Positions 8,198 to 17,926 of a stretch of 64,000 nucleotides of DNA are shown here, in pieces. This DNA is from an uncultured Lachnospiraceae bacterium (lineage in GTDB: Bacteria; Bacillota; Clostridia; Lachnospirales; Lachnospiraceae). Location: assembly GCA_946615865.1 (NCBI GenBank), contig CAMOIJ010000001.1, positions 35,640 to 99,639 on the forward strand. The letters are read 5' to 3'. Made by a program: the position numbers and the translations under genes. Each line of letters opens with the position of its first letter. Position 1 is the first letter of the stretch. Below the pieces are notes generated by a model that was given only the letters and a program-made list of their open reading frames with translations, ran no database searches and was not told the DNA's origin.

Positions 8198-9178
8198 TCA
8201 TCCTTTGATACTGATGTCGCCGCTTCCCATCTGGATCGTCAGAAACCGCTTTCCGTTTCCGGGCTGCATGTACCGGTCGCCCTCCGAAGTGCCGTTGTAA
8301 CTGATCTCCCCGTCGCCGGTCTTGATCTCCATCCTGCATCTTGAAAGACTCTCATCCGAGTTGATTTCCACTCGCCCTTCCGCCATGCCGATATTCAGGC
8401 TGTTAAAATTGCACTCCGAAACGGAAACCGAACCGGAATCCGTGTAGATATCAACTGTTCCCAGGGATACGTCCTTCATGACAAGTTTTCCTCCTCCGGA
8501 CTGGATCGTCACGGAGTTGGCAGTTATGTCGGTTATGATCAGGTTCCCATTTTCCATCGCAACCCGAAGTGTATCGAGGCCGATCCCGGAAGGGATCGTG
8601 ATCACGATCTCGGGCTCAGCTCCATTCGTTTCCGAAGTTTCTGTCGAAGAAGCAGGTTCCGCCTCAGCGCTCTCACCCTCTGCAGCAGGGGCCGCTTCAG
8701 CGCTCTCACCCTCTGCAGCAGGTTCCGCCTCAGAACTATTGCCCTCTTCAGCAGGAACCTCCACAGTAGAGACCGCTGCGGCGCTGTTTCCATCCGCCGC
8801 GGGCTCGTCCTCGCCGATAACGACGACTGACCCGTTTGAACTCTTTTCCTGATCCGCGCTCTTCCGGCCGCTCACCACCAGGATGTCGTCCTGCACCGAG
8901 AAGGATGGAATGTGTTCCCATCCGTTCGGGAACGAAATGGTGAAGTCTTCGCCGGGCTTGATCGTGAGGGTTCCCCGCACGGAATTGATCGCGATCCTGT
9001 CAAAATAGTCCAGCGTGTAGAATCCGGTCTCCTCCGAAACCGTATAGCCGTAGGCGGATGTTTCGCTTTTCGCTCCCGCCGTACCCGCATAAACCGGGAG
9101 TACACTCTGAACGATCAGAGTGATCGCTGCCAGGAAGGCGATCAGCCCCTTTCCGGCATCCCGAAGTAATCTGTTCAT
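8198..9178 (-). CDS. secreted DUF4097-like beta-strand repeat protein with acidic insertion
   Basis: signal peptide ending VYA, repeated xxxxSG/G.I.I beta motifs, Glu/Ala-rich linker; start trimmed to ATG after GGAAAGGA. Confidence 0.65.
   Translation of the reverse strand: MNRLLRDAGKGLIAFLAAITLIVQSVLPVYAGTAGAKSETSAYGYTVSEETGFYTLDYFDRIAINSVRGTLTIKPGEDFTISFPNGWEHIPSFSVQDDILVVSGRKSADQEKSSNGSVVVIGEDEPAADGNSAAAVSTVEVPAEEGNSSEAEPAAEGESAEAAPAAEGESAEAEPASSTETSETNGAEPEIVITIPSGIGLDTLRVAMENGNLIITDITANSVTIQSGGGKLVMKDVSLGTVDIYTDSGSVSVSECNFNSLNIGMAEGRVEINSDESLSRCRMEIKTGDGEISYNGTSEGDRYMQPGNGKRFLTIQMGSGDISIKG
8653..8734 (-). repeat. 33-bp in-frame tandem repeat (PAAEGESAEAx)
   Basis: CAGCGCTCTCACCCTCTGCAGCAGG repeated 33 bp apart. 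Confidence 0.8.
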
Positions 9179-9360
9179 AATTGTGATCCTTTCCATGCTG
9201 AACATCTAAATGCCGAGCACTTCCATGCTGAATGCATTACACAATTTCATTATAGACGTGGGAAGGATGAAATGTAAATCCTTTTATTTCAGATATTTTA
9301 CATTTCTTTCACAAATATTCTATCTTTTGGCAGATAGTTTACAAAAGCGTTTCTGTTCCG

Positions 9361-10497
9361 TTACTCGAGTGTTTCGTGATCTTCGGGCTCGTATGTGACG
9401 CCGTCAACACTGAAGGAATCCTCGTCCCTGATGATGAAGATCATGGTCTTTCCCTTGTTGAGCTGGATCTCATTGCCGTTGTCGTCATAGAAGGTAGTGG
9501 GCTTGTAGTCGTTGCCCTCGCCCTTCTCCCAGGTGACATGGATCATCCGGCCGCCGGTGAGGAAGAATCCGTCCTGGCCGTCCTCCTCGATGAGGATCCT
9601 GAGGTAGGAAGAGCCGTCTTCTCTGGGCTCGGCGCTGGCTCTCTGAATCAAAACATTGTCGAAGGCCATCTGCTCGTCGGTCACCGCGTCTTTCTGAGGC
9701 TCGCCGTAGATCGTCTTGTAGTACTTTCCGTCCTCGGCGTTGTAGGTCAGCGCGGATTTTGTGACAGGGAAGCTGTCTCTCATATCCAGGTACACCGCGC
9801 TCACAGAATCACCATACTGCTTGAGCGTGTTGCGCTCCTGCGCGAAGGTGAAGTGCTTCTTGTTGTAGTAAGCTCTTCTGTGCTCCGTCTCGAAGCCCGC
9901 TTTCCTGATGGCTTCTTTGATGTGCTCCGCGTCAGTGTAAGCAGTGTGCTCCGACCTGCTGCCGGCGGGAACTCTGTAGAAGCAGCCGTAATCAGAACCG
10001 AGGATACCGCCAACGCCGTTGATGTTATCGACGTCTTTTCTGGTGAGGATGTCCTTAGTGTAGTCGATCGGTCCGCCGTAGTGGATGATAATGGGATCCC
10101 ACTCCAGTGCCTCGTAGACAAAATATGCCCTGATGCTGCGGATGTTGCCGATCCTCTCAAGGTTCTGCCAGTCCTGGATAATTCCCATCTGGCGGCTCAT
10201 GCTGCCCTCTTCGATGATCTCATAGAAGACATCGACGTTGCTCAGGCCGTACTGGGGCTGCGCTTCTTTGTCGATCGGGAACATGACCGCGATCGGTCTC
10301 TGAGCGGCCAGCGTCGGGTCGATGGGCTCTCCGGTCAGAACGCTTACATCAGAGTATTTCTCTGCGGCAGAGCTGCCTTTGCCGGTTTCGGTCTCCTTGT
10401 TATCACCAGCCTGCGCTGTGGCTCCCGCTACAGTAAATCCGGGAGCTGTTACAGCCATGCACATAGCCATAAATAAAAGTAATGCTTTCTTTTTCAT
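9361..10497 (-). CDS. DUF3048 domain secreted protein (YerB-like)
   Basis: LTGEP, RPIAVM, PQYGLS..D.FYE...EG..SR, IG.IRSIR motifs; N-terminal signal peptide. Confidence 0.8.
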   Translation of the reverse strand: MKKKALLLFMAMCMAVTAPGFTVAGATAQAGDNKETETGKGSSAAEKYSDVSVLTGEPIDPTLAAQRPIAVMFPIDKEAQPQYGLSNVDVFYEIIEEGSMSRQMGIIQDWQNLERIGNIRSIRAYFVYEALEWDPIIIHYGGPIDYTKDILTRKDVDNINGVGGILGSDYGCFYRVPAGSRSEHTAYTDAEHIKEAIRKAGFETEHRRAYYNKKHFTFAQERNTLKQYGDSVSAVYLDMRDSFPVTKSALTYNAEDGKYYKTIYGEPQKDAVTDEQMAFDNVLIQRASAEPREDGSSYLRILIEEDGQDGFFLTGGRMIHVTWEKGEGNDYKPTTFYDDNGNEIQLNKGKTMIFIIRDEDSFSVDGVTYEPEDHETLE

Positions 10498-10646
10498 TTT
10501 CAACTTCCTTTCCTGAAAAAAATACAGGTTTCCGCGCGCCTTCCGGCTGCGCAGAAACCTATTATAATCCCAAAAGAAGCATGTTTCAATCGAGTAAGGA
10601 GTCGATCAGAGCCCCCTTTATATGGCGATTTGTACTACTTTTATCC

Positions 10647-11735
10647 CTATTTTGACAAATACTCCTCAGCCTTCTCCCGGTCCACTTTTTCATAGGGAAG
10701 GCGGATGTACTTGTTGTCCTGCATCGCGACGCCGTCGGGAAGCTGCATTTTGTCCAGCGAGCCGCCGGAGGCCAGCGTGTAGGCCAGTTCCTCCATAGCC
10801 CGGGCCTGCCCGTCCTTATCGTTGTAGATCGTACCGGTCATGGAGCCGGCGATCACAGCCTCAAGTCCCGTGTCCGTTCCGTCGATCCCAAAGATGGCCG
10901 GCCACTCTTCCTCGGGGATCCCTCTGCCCTGGTAAGCATCTATTGCGCCAAGGGCCATATCATCGTTGTTGGCCAGCACAAGTTCGATGCCGCTTCCGTT
11001 TCCGTCGATGAGCTGCTCCATCTTGCTCCTGGCCTGGGCGCGGTTCCAGTTGGCGATCGCGTAGCCGACCTTGTCCAGAAGGATCCCGTTCGAGATCATG
11101 GTGTCCACCGAGTACTCCGTCCTTATGATAGCGTCCTGGTGCCCGGCCTCGCCTTCAAGTACTACATACTGGATACTGCCGTCTTCGTTTCTGTCCGCCT
11201 CGGGATGTGCCTTGAAATACTCTGTTGCCATCTCGCCCTGCAGGATCCCTGACTGAAATGCGTCCGCTCCGACATAGTAGAGTTTATCCCATTGCATCAG
11301 GTCCTCTTCCACCAGTTCTCTGTTGAAGAAAATAACCGGAATGTCGTTCTTTCTCGCAGTGTCGATGATCTCCGTGGGCGCAGTGCGGTCCACCAGATTG
11401 ACGCAGAGCACGTTGCAGCCGTTCTCGATCATCTCCGCGACGTCCTCGTTCTGCGCAGGCTGGGACCTCGACGCGTCCTGAACTATCGTGGCGATCTCCA
11501 CGCCTTCAGACTTCCGAGTGTCCACATAGCTGCCAAAGGAGTCCATGAGTTCCGAGATAAATGTATCATACTGATCGTAGAGACTGACGCCGATCCTCAC
11601 GGAGCCGTTCCCTTTCTTGGGACTCGTACCCCCGCAGCCGGAGACAATTACCGCAGTTCCCAGAACCGCTGCCAATATGGCTGCCGCCTGCCTGATCCCC
11701 GCCGTCTTTTTGCTCTTTCTCACCATTGTGCTCAT
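10647..11735 (-). CDS. MglB-like sugar-binding lipoprotein associated with the two-component system
   Basis: lipobox VSGC, VNLVD, IPVIFFNRE, YYVGADA..SG, ANNDDMALGA. Confidence 0.85.
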   Translation of the reverse strand: MSTMVRKSKKTAGIRQAAAILAAVLGTAVIVSGCGGTSPKKGNGSVRIGVSLYDQYDTFISELMDSFGSYVDTRKSEGVEIATIVQDASRSQPAQNEDVAEMIENGCNVLCVNLVDRTAPTEIIDTARKNDIPVIFFNRELVEEDLMQWDKLYYVGADAFQSGILQGEMATEYFKAHPEADRNEDGSIQYVVLEGEAGHQDAIIRTEYSVDTMISNGILLDKVGYAIANWNRAQARSKMEQLIDGNGSGIELVLANNDDMALGAIDAYQGRGIPEEEWPAIFGIDGTDTGLEAVIAGSMTGTIYNDKDGQARAMEELAYTLASGGSLDKMQLPDGVAMQDNKYIRLPYEKVDREKAEEYLSK

Positions 11736-11799
11736 CGTCTGTACCTTTCCAATAGATAACCCGTTTGCCTGCTCTATGACTCAGGCCATCTTTTCCGCC

Positions 11800-12771
11800 T
11801 CATCTCTGCACAGGGAACAGAATCTCCTGATTCTCCTCCGCGAACAGTGTGTCTTTGTGGATCGTCCTGTGCGCGATCGTCCGCACCAGCGGCAGGAAAC
11901 GGTTTCTGTGAATATAGTCCGCCAGGTCTGAGACACTCTGATAACCCATCATATAGTCCTCAGGCACCACAAGACTCTGGACGATACCGCAGTCGAGATA
12001 ATAGATCGACTTTGTGGACGTCCCGGTACCGATCACGATTATCTTCTTTTCCTGCGACGAAGCATATTCACCCGCCGCTTCCATCCCGGCGTTGTCCAAA
12101 GCTACCAGTATTTCCGGTACCTCATGCTCTTCGAGCTGTTCCTTTATCTCCTTGGCGTCCCCCATACATTCCACGACCCAGGCAGTCCGGCCGCCAAGAC
12201 TCTCCAAAGTCTCCGTAAAACCGTCCATCCTCTGCTCCATGGAGCTCAGGGCGGAACTGCCCCGAATAACGCCAATAACGCAGTTTTCCAAAGGTTTCGA
12301 CGCGTATACCGCGGTTTCCTGTGCAATCGTCTCTCCAATAGCCCTGTGGTCAGGACTTACAACTCCCACTACGTTGCTCATGACCTCATAAGCATTTTCA
12401 TCCACCAGTTCTATATTTGTCCTGTCACTGAGTTTCTCCAGCGTATTAGCCGCACCTATACTCGAACAGAGCTGGATGATCACTCCGTCCGATCCGTTCG
12501 CGATCGCTCTCTCGACGATCGCCTCTTCTTCAGAAAGAGTTTCTATGTGTCCGGTGGGAACGATAGTCAGAATGACTTCCTGATCCTCCGCAGCCTGCTT
12601 CATCCCTTCGATAAACTGAACCCATCGGTTGTCATTGCTGTTTTCTATGATCACATGGATCTGCCGCAGATTCGCGGTATTTCCGCTCTCCCAGACCATG
12701 AAACCGATCACTGCCAGAATCATTGCAACGAGGGCCAGCACCAGTGCCGGGAAGAGCCTTTTATTTTTCAT
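11800..12771 (-). CDS. membrane-anchored type I periplasmic-binding-protein-like sensor accessory protein
   Basis: N-terminal TM anchor, W..FIEGMKQAA, R..GF, YMMGYQSV; overlaps kinase stop. Confidence 0.75.
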   Translation of the reverse strand: MKNKRLFPALVLALVAMILAVIGFMVWESGNTANLRQIHVIIENSNDNRWVQFIEGMKQAAEDQEVILTIVPTGHIETLSEEEAIVERAIANGSDGVIIQLCSSIGAANTLEKLSDRTNIELVDENAYEVMSNVVGVVSPDHRAIGETIAQETAVYASKPLENCVIGVIRGSSALSSMEQRMDGFTETLESLGGRTAWVVECMGDAKEIKEQLEEHEVPEILVALDNAGMEAAGEYASSQEKKIIVIGTGTSTKSIYYLDCGIVQSLVVPEDYMMGYQSVSDLADYIHRNRFLPLVRTIAHRTIHKDTLFAEENQEILFPVQR

Positions 12772-14647
12772 CCTGCACCTCCCCTGTCCATTTCCCGTGC
12801 TCCAGGGCCTTGCGGTTCTCTTCTGTATAGGGAACCGCGGGAATCCTGATCGTAACCTCTGTCCCTTCGTCGGGCTCGCTCTCTATCCTGAGTCCGTACT
12901 CCGGGCCAAATCTGAGCATGATCCTCTTGTGCACATTGATCAGTCCCACTCCCGATCCGTGTCTGCGCGTTCTCTCCTCATGCTCCTCATCCGACAGGAT
13001 CTGGTCGACCTTCTCCGGCGGCATGCCCAGCCCGTTGTCCCGCACGGACATCAAAATATCGTCTCCTTCTTTTCTTCCGCTGACGACGATCTCTCCCTCG
13101 TCGCCGAGCGCGTCTACGCCGTAGTAGATCGCGTTCTCCAGGATCGGCTGCAGGATCAGTTTCACCGTGCAGTAGTCCAGTATCTCCTCCTGGATATCCC
13201 AGCTCACCTCAAAAGCGTCTTTATACCGCACTTTCTGAATATTCATATAGTTGCGGGCGTGGACAAACTCGTCCCGGATACTGATCACAGTCCTGCCCTT
13301 ACTGAGACTGACTCTGAAAAGGCTCGCCAGCTGTGTCACCATAAACACAGCGTCCGCGTTTCTCTCGCCCTCGATCATCCACACGATGGAATCCAGCGTA
13401 TTGTAAAGGAAGTGCGGATTGATCTGCGACTGAAGAGCGTCCAGTTCTGTTCTGCGGCGCTCCTCCTGCTCCCTGACGACGTCGTCCATCAGTTCATTGA
13501 CCTGCCGCAGACTTCCCTGCATGCTTCGTCCCAGGTTTTCTACTTCCGCAGGTCCTCCGATGTACACCTTGTCGGGATCGACCCTGCCTCCGTCCATATT
13601 TTGGATAGAGCGGTTCAGCCGCAGGATCGGGCTTGTGATCCGATTCGTCACAAGGCGGTTGATCAGAAGGAGAGCCAGGATCGTCACGAGCAGGACCAGA
13701 AATGTGAAAAGCTGCGTACTGACCGTGCCCAGCCTGAAGCCGCTCATAGGAATGACACCGACCAGTTTCCATCCCGTATAACTGATCGTCTTGACAACTA
13801 CCATCCGGCGCTCGCCCTCAAAGATCTCTTCGTGCACGCCGTCATCATAATCTGAGGCGGTCAGATTGTTCTCCCTGTACTTATCTACGCCAATCTGGAT
13901 CATCCTGGGATGATAGATCAGCTCTCCGTTGCTGTCGCACAGGTAAAAATATTGATAGGAGCTGCTCCCGTTGACACGGTCCATCATCTCCTCGATCGTG
14001 TTGTAGTTCATGTCGACGAGCAGGACTCCCCTGACGGGAACGCCGCTGTAGGTCAGCTCTACGATCCGGCTCAGTGAAATGACCCAGTAATAGCGGAAAG
14101 AAGACGCGTTGAAAATATTCTGCACATGCGGCGTTGAGAAGTGAAGGTTCTCCGGCCGCTCCATCGCCATCTTGAACCAGGGCTGCAGGCGCACATCCAT
14201 TCCTTCTTTCATTGTTGAGACAGGCGCCGCGCAGACAAGGCTTCCATCCCTCTTAAACAGGGCAAAGCTGATCAGGTTGTCCTTATTGGCCTCATACAGA
14301 AGGGACATTTCGCTGTCAAGACTGTCCAAGGCCATGTCTTTATCCTTGATGGTGTCATAATACATGGCGTCGCTGACTCTGCGCATCGATGTCAGGTAGT
14401 CCTCAAAGTTAGCCTCTGTCTGGGACATCAGCTGCTCCATGCTCTCTGTCATCATTGCCCGGGTGCGCAGCGTGAACCGCTGATACAGGGAAAATCCGAG
14501 CAGCACCATAATAAAGACCGAGACGACCGTAAAGGAAACAAGCACCGTAAACTGGATTCCCCGCCTGCCTGCCTTTTCCATTGTCTGTCCGATCCATTTC
14601 GAAAATCCGCTATTGACTTTTTCCGGGTTCTCCCTGTCAAATTCCAC
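12761..14647 (-). CDS. YesM/LytS-type sensor histidine kinase (Cache-HAMP-HisK-HATPase)
   Basis: LQSQINPHFLYNTL, LQPILENAIYYG, DNGLGM, GVGLINV; 2 TM; GTG start. Confidence 0.92.
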   Translation of the reverse strand: MEFDRENPEKVNSGFSKWIGQTMEKAGRRGIQFTVLVSFTVVSVFIMVLLGFSLYQRFTLRTRAMMTESMEQLMSQTEANFEDYLTSMRRVSDAMYYDTIKDKDMALDSLDSEMSLLYEANKDNLISFALFKRDGSLVCAAPVSTMKEGMDVRLQPWFKMAMERPENLHFSTPHVQNIFNASSFRYYWVISLSRIVELTYSGVPVRGVLLVDMNYNTIEEMMDRVNGSSSYQYFYLCDSNGELIYHPRMIQIGVDKYRENNLTASDYDDGVHEEIFEGERRMVVVKTISYTGWKLVGVIPMSGFRLGTVSTQLFTFLVLLVTILALLLINRLVTNRITSPILRLNRSIQNMDGGRVDPDKVYIGGPAEVENLGRSMQGSLRQVNELMDDVVREQEERRRTELDALQSQINPHFLYNTLDSIVWMIEGERNADAVFMVTQLASLFRVSLSKGRTVISIRDEFVHARNYMNIQKVRYKDAFEVSWDIQEEILDYCTVKLILQPILENAIYYGVDALGDEGEIVVSGRKEGDDILMSVRDNGLGMPPEKVDQILSDEEHEERTRRHGSGVGLINVHKRIMLRFGPEYGLRIESEPDEGTEVTIRIPAVPYTEENRKALEHGKWTGEVQDEK

Positions 14648-14692
14648 GTTATTATCTCTCCGTTCGGCATCTGGATGTCAAAACATCCAAAA

Positions 14693-16288
14693 CTATTTTC
14701 TCTCCGTGCGATAGCGGGACGGCGAGACGCCGAACTTCTTCTTAAACACATAGCTGAAGTAAGCGGGATCCGCATAACCCACCTGGGCAGCGATCACATA
14801 GGTCTTCTCATCCCGCCCGATCAGCCTCTGCACAGCCTGCTCCATCCTGTAATCAGTGAGATAGGCGATAAAAGTCTTTCCCGTCTCTTTTTTGAACATA
14901 GTAGAGAAATACGCCGCGCTGACTCCCAGAATTCCGCAGATCTTATCGATCGTCAGCTCCTGATCGCTGTAATTATCGCGCACATAATCTACTGCCTTAG
15001 ACACAAAAGTCTGCGCGCCGTCCGCCCTGTTGCTCTGCATCTGTTCCTGCATCATGAGGGATACCTTGCAGAGCCAGTCCTCCAGCTGTGTGGAATCCAT
15101 GTTGGCTACATTGCGGAACAGCCGCTCGTCCTCCCCGAAGATCGGCTCCGTATCGATCCTGTTGCTGACAGCAAAACGATAAAGGGAACTGATCAGCTCC
15201 ATCACCATGAATCTGTGCATGCTCAGGGACACGCCCCCTCCGACCATCTCCTGCACATAGGCGTCCGCTTCCCTTCTTACGGTCTCCGGAGTGCTCATCT
15301 TCACTGCCTTGAACAGGGCCAGAAGCTTCTTCTGCGAATTGTCTGAAGCGCGCTCCTCTCCCGGCGCGATCTCGCCTATGTTGATCGCCTTACCTGCGCC
15401 GTACAGCGATCTGTAAGAAACCGCTTCTCTGGCGCCCCGGTAGGACTCCGGGATTTCTGCCAGATTCCTGCAGATCTTTCCGATCCCGATGGTCACAACA
15501 GCCTGGCTCACATGCTTTGCCAGGCGGCAGAACGCCTCGGCCTCATCTGTGATCCGCATCACATCCTCCTGCGATCTGCAAGGAGCTAGCAGAACGATGT
15601 TTCCCTCATGGGGAAACAGCCTGGCGTCCCATTTATTCGCAAGATGCTCCTGCGCGAGACGGCGCACTGACTCCGTCAACAGGACCGCGCTGATCCCTTC
15701 AGGAAGCTGCGTCGTGCTGGTATGGATCACCACTGCCGCGTACATGGGACTCTTCATCTCAATCTGATAATCCGAAAGAAACCTGGTCAGATCCGCTTCA
15801 GACACATTGCCCTCCACCAGCGAGGAGTAAAAGTTCTCCTGCAAAAGGGGCAGACTCTCCATGTAGTAGTCCCGAAGCTTCTGCACATTCCTCTTCTCAT
15901 CCATCTCCCGGTCAAGGGACTCCTTGATCTTCGTGAAGATCCTGCGCAGCTCATCCGCGTCTACAGGCTTTAAGATATACTCCTCCACCTCCAGACGGAT
16001 CGCTTCTTTGGCGTATTCAAACTCATCGAAACCGGAGAAGATCAGGATCCTCACTGCCGGATACATGATCTTGAGATTGTGCGCAAGCTCCAGTCCGTCC
16101 ATATAGGGCATCTTGATGTCCGTCAGGACAACATCCGGCGCCTCCTGTTCAGCCAGGTCAAGCGCCTCGATCCCGTTGTGGGCATAGCCCATGATCCGAA
16201 AGCCTATGCTCTCCCAATCTATTTTCTTCTGCATCGCGCGGACGACGTCTTCTTCGTCGTCCACCATAAGCACTGAGTACATGCTCAT
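14693..16288 (-). CDS. YesN-type response regulator (REC + AraC HTH)
   Basis: VDDEE, TDIKMPYMDGLE, YILKP; C-terminal VGYADPAYFSYVFKKKFGVSP. Confidence 0.92.
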   Translation of the reverse strand: MSMYSVLMVDDEEDVVRAMQKKIDWESIGFRIMGYAHNGIEALDLAEQEAPDVVLTDIKMPYMDGLELAHNLKIMYPAVRILIFSGFDEFEYAKEAIRLEVEEYILKPVDADELRRIFTKIKESLDREMDEKRNVQKLRDYYMESLPLLQENFYSSLVEGNVSEADLTRFLSDYQIEMKSPMYAAVVIHTSTTQLPEGISAVLLTESVRRLAQEHLANKWDARLFPHEGNIVLLAPCRSQEDVMRITDEAEAFCRLAKHVSQAVVTIGIGKICRNLAEIPESYRGAREAVSYRSLYGAGKAINIGEIAPGEERASDNSQKKLLALFKAVKMSTPETVRREADAYVQEMVGGGVSLSMHRFMVMELISSLYRFAVSNRIDTEPIFGEDERLFRNVANMDSTQLEDWLCKVSLMMQEQMQSNRADGAQTFVSKAVDYVRDNYSDQELTIDKICGILGVSAAYFSTMFKKETGKTFIAYLTDYRMEQAVQRLIGRDEKTYVIAAQVGYADPAYFSYVFKKKFGVSPSRYRTERK

Positions 16289-16310
16289 CTTATAATTCCT
16301 CTTCAGAGAC

Positions 16311-16616
16311 TCAATAGTACTTCTCATTCACCTTTTTCCAGAGCATAAATGAAATCACGACCCATACAGCCATCTGCACGAAGGCCACCGTCGCGTTAAA
16401 CAATTCCAGCCCTGCCATCAGGAAGGATCCGATCGCGAAAAAGATAATAAGTTTCCCGGTATCTCTGCAGAATCCCTCTTTGTCCTTCGGTTCCGGCTTA
16501 TTCTTCCCCACAACTGCCCGCACGTCCTTGAGCACCATCACCCTGTACGCGTAATAGAGCGATACCATCCCGATCAGGATCGAGACGCCTGTATGTTCAA
16601 AAATTGCTGATGCCAT
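16311..16616 (-). CDS. small hypothetical membrane protein (3 TM)
   Basis: 101-aa ORF with AAGGGAG RBS and three hydrophobic segments, first gene of the TCS operon. Confidence 0.7.
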   Translation of the reverse strand: MASAIFEHTGVSILIGMVSLYYAYRVMVLKDVRAVVGKNKPEPKDKEGFCRDTGKLIIFFAIGSFLMAGLELFNATVAFVQMAVWVVISFMLWKKVNEKYY

Positions 16617-16699
16617 CCGTTTTCTCCCTTTTCTTTGTTATTTCTTTCGCTCATTCTCTCGTCCGTTTTTCTTCATTCCCGGAACATAGAACACTAAAT

Positions 16700-16729
16700 A
16701 TCATACTACGTTTGCGGGCGCGCCCGCAA
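16700..16729 (-). promoter_or_regulatory. putative promoter with overlapping perfect 18-bp palindrome
   Basis: TTGCGG-18-TATGAT on minus strand; TTGCGGGCGCGCCCGCAA at 16712-16729. Confidence 0.45.
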
Positions 16730-16804
16730 TGCCGGGCCGCACAGAGGGGTTGTAATTTGTTGGGTTTGAAGCGACCCGCAACCCCCTTCAGCTTCTGCAA
16801 AAGC

Positions 16805-16835
16805 AAAAAACGACCGGCTCCAAAAGAGCCGGCCG
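16805..16835 (-). terminator. intrinsic terminator after mglC
   Basis: CCGGCTC/GAGCCGG stem with 6-T tail on minus strand. Confidence 0.75.
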
Positions 16836-16872
16836 CCTGTCAATTCGGTTATTCCATCTGTATAGAAGAATA

Positions 16873-17859
16873 TTACTTCTTCGCCACGTACTTTCTGATA
16901 TCCAGAGAGATCGCGATGTAGATGATGATACCAAGGGCGATCCACTGTGCGTTCGCGTTGACGCCCAGGAACTGCAGTGCTGCTTTCAGGAATTCGAAGA
17001 CTGCAACACCGATAACTGCGGATGACACTTTACCACGTCCGCCGGTAACGGAGACGCCGCCGATGGTACAAGCCGCGATAGCTTCCATCTCGTAACCAAG
17101 ACCAAGGTTAACGGAAGCGCCGCCGGACTTGGCGCCCAGCATGAAGCCGGCCAGGCCGTAGAAAGCAGCTGCCTTAGCATAGATCATGACCATTGTCAGC
17201 TTAACGGGAACGCCGGCGACTTCCGCTGCCTGCGGGTTAGCACCGATTGCGTACATATATTTGCCGTGGCGGGTCATGTTGAAGATGAACCATGAAATAC
17301 CGCCGATCAGGATGGCGATCCATACCAGATAAGGGATCATAAGGAATCTGCCGGAAGCAAGATTCGTGTACTCAGTGACATAGCCGCCCAGAGGGGTCGC
17401 GTTTGTGACGATCAGGTTAAGACCGTAGACGATTTCCATCATTGCCAGAGTGGAAATGAAGGGAGGTACGGACAGGAACGCGATGAAGGAACCGGTCACT
17501 GCGCCGAAGCATGCGCATACGAGCATGACGATAATGGCAGCGAGGAAAACGTTCATAGGCTTTCCGCCTTGGATAAAACGTCCGGAATAATCAGCCTTCT
17601 GCAGAAGAATACCTGCAAGGCAGCCGCCCAGACCGATAATACGACCTGCTGACAGATCGCACCCTGCGGTGATAACGCAGCCGGCGATGCCGAGCGCGAT
17701 GACCAGACGTGCGGACATGTTCAGGAGCAGGTTCAGCAGGTTGGACGGGGACAGGAAGTTGGGCGATTTGATCCCTGTAAATGCAACCAGGATAATGATG
17801 ATAAGGATAACGCCGTAGTTGATCAGGAAATCCTTTAAATTAAAAGCTTTTTTGTTCAT
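16873..17859 (-). CDS. mglC: galactose/methyl-galactoside ABC permease
   Basis: DLSAGR, PPFISTL, GKYMYAIGANPQAAEVAGV, YEMEAIAACTIGGVS..GG.GK; ends YVAKK. Confidence 0.85.
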   Translation of the reverse strand: MNKKAFNLKDFLINYGVILIIIILVAFTGIKSPNFLSPSNLLNLLLNMSARLVIALGIAGCVITAGCDLSAGRIIGLGGCLAGILLQKADYSGRFIQGGKPMNVFLAAIIVMLVCACFGAVTGSFIAFLSVPPFISTLAMMEIVYGLNLIVTNATPLGGYVTEYTNLASGRFLMIPYLVWIAILIGGISWFIFNMTRHGKYMYAIGANPQAAEVAGVPVKLTMVMIYAKAAAFYGLAGFMLGAKSGGASVNLGLGYEMEAIAACTIGGVSVTGGRGKVSSAVIGVAVFEFLKAALQFLGVNANAQWIALGIIIYIAISLDIRKYVAKK

Positions 17860-17926
17860 TAGAATCCTCCGTTTCAAAGAGCATCTGTGTCAATGCTTTG
17901 ACCATAGTAACAGACTATAGTGCCGA

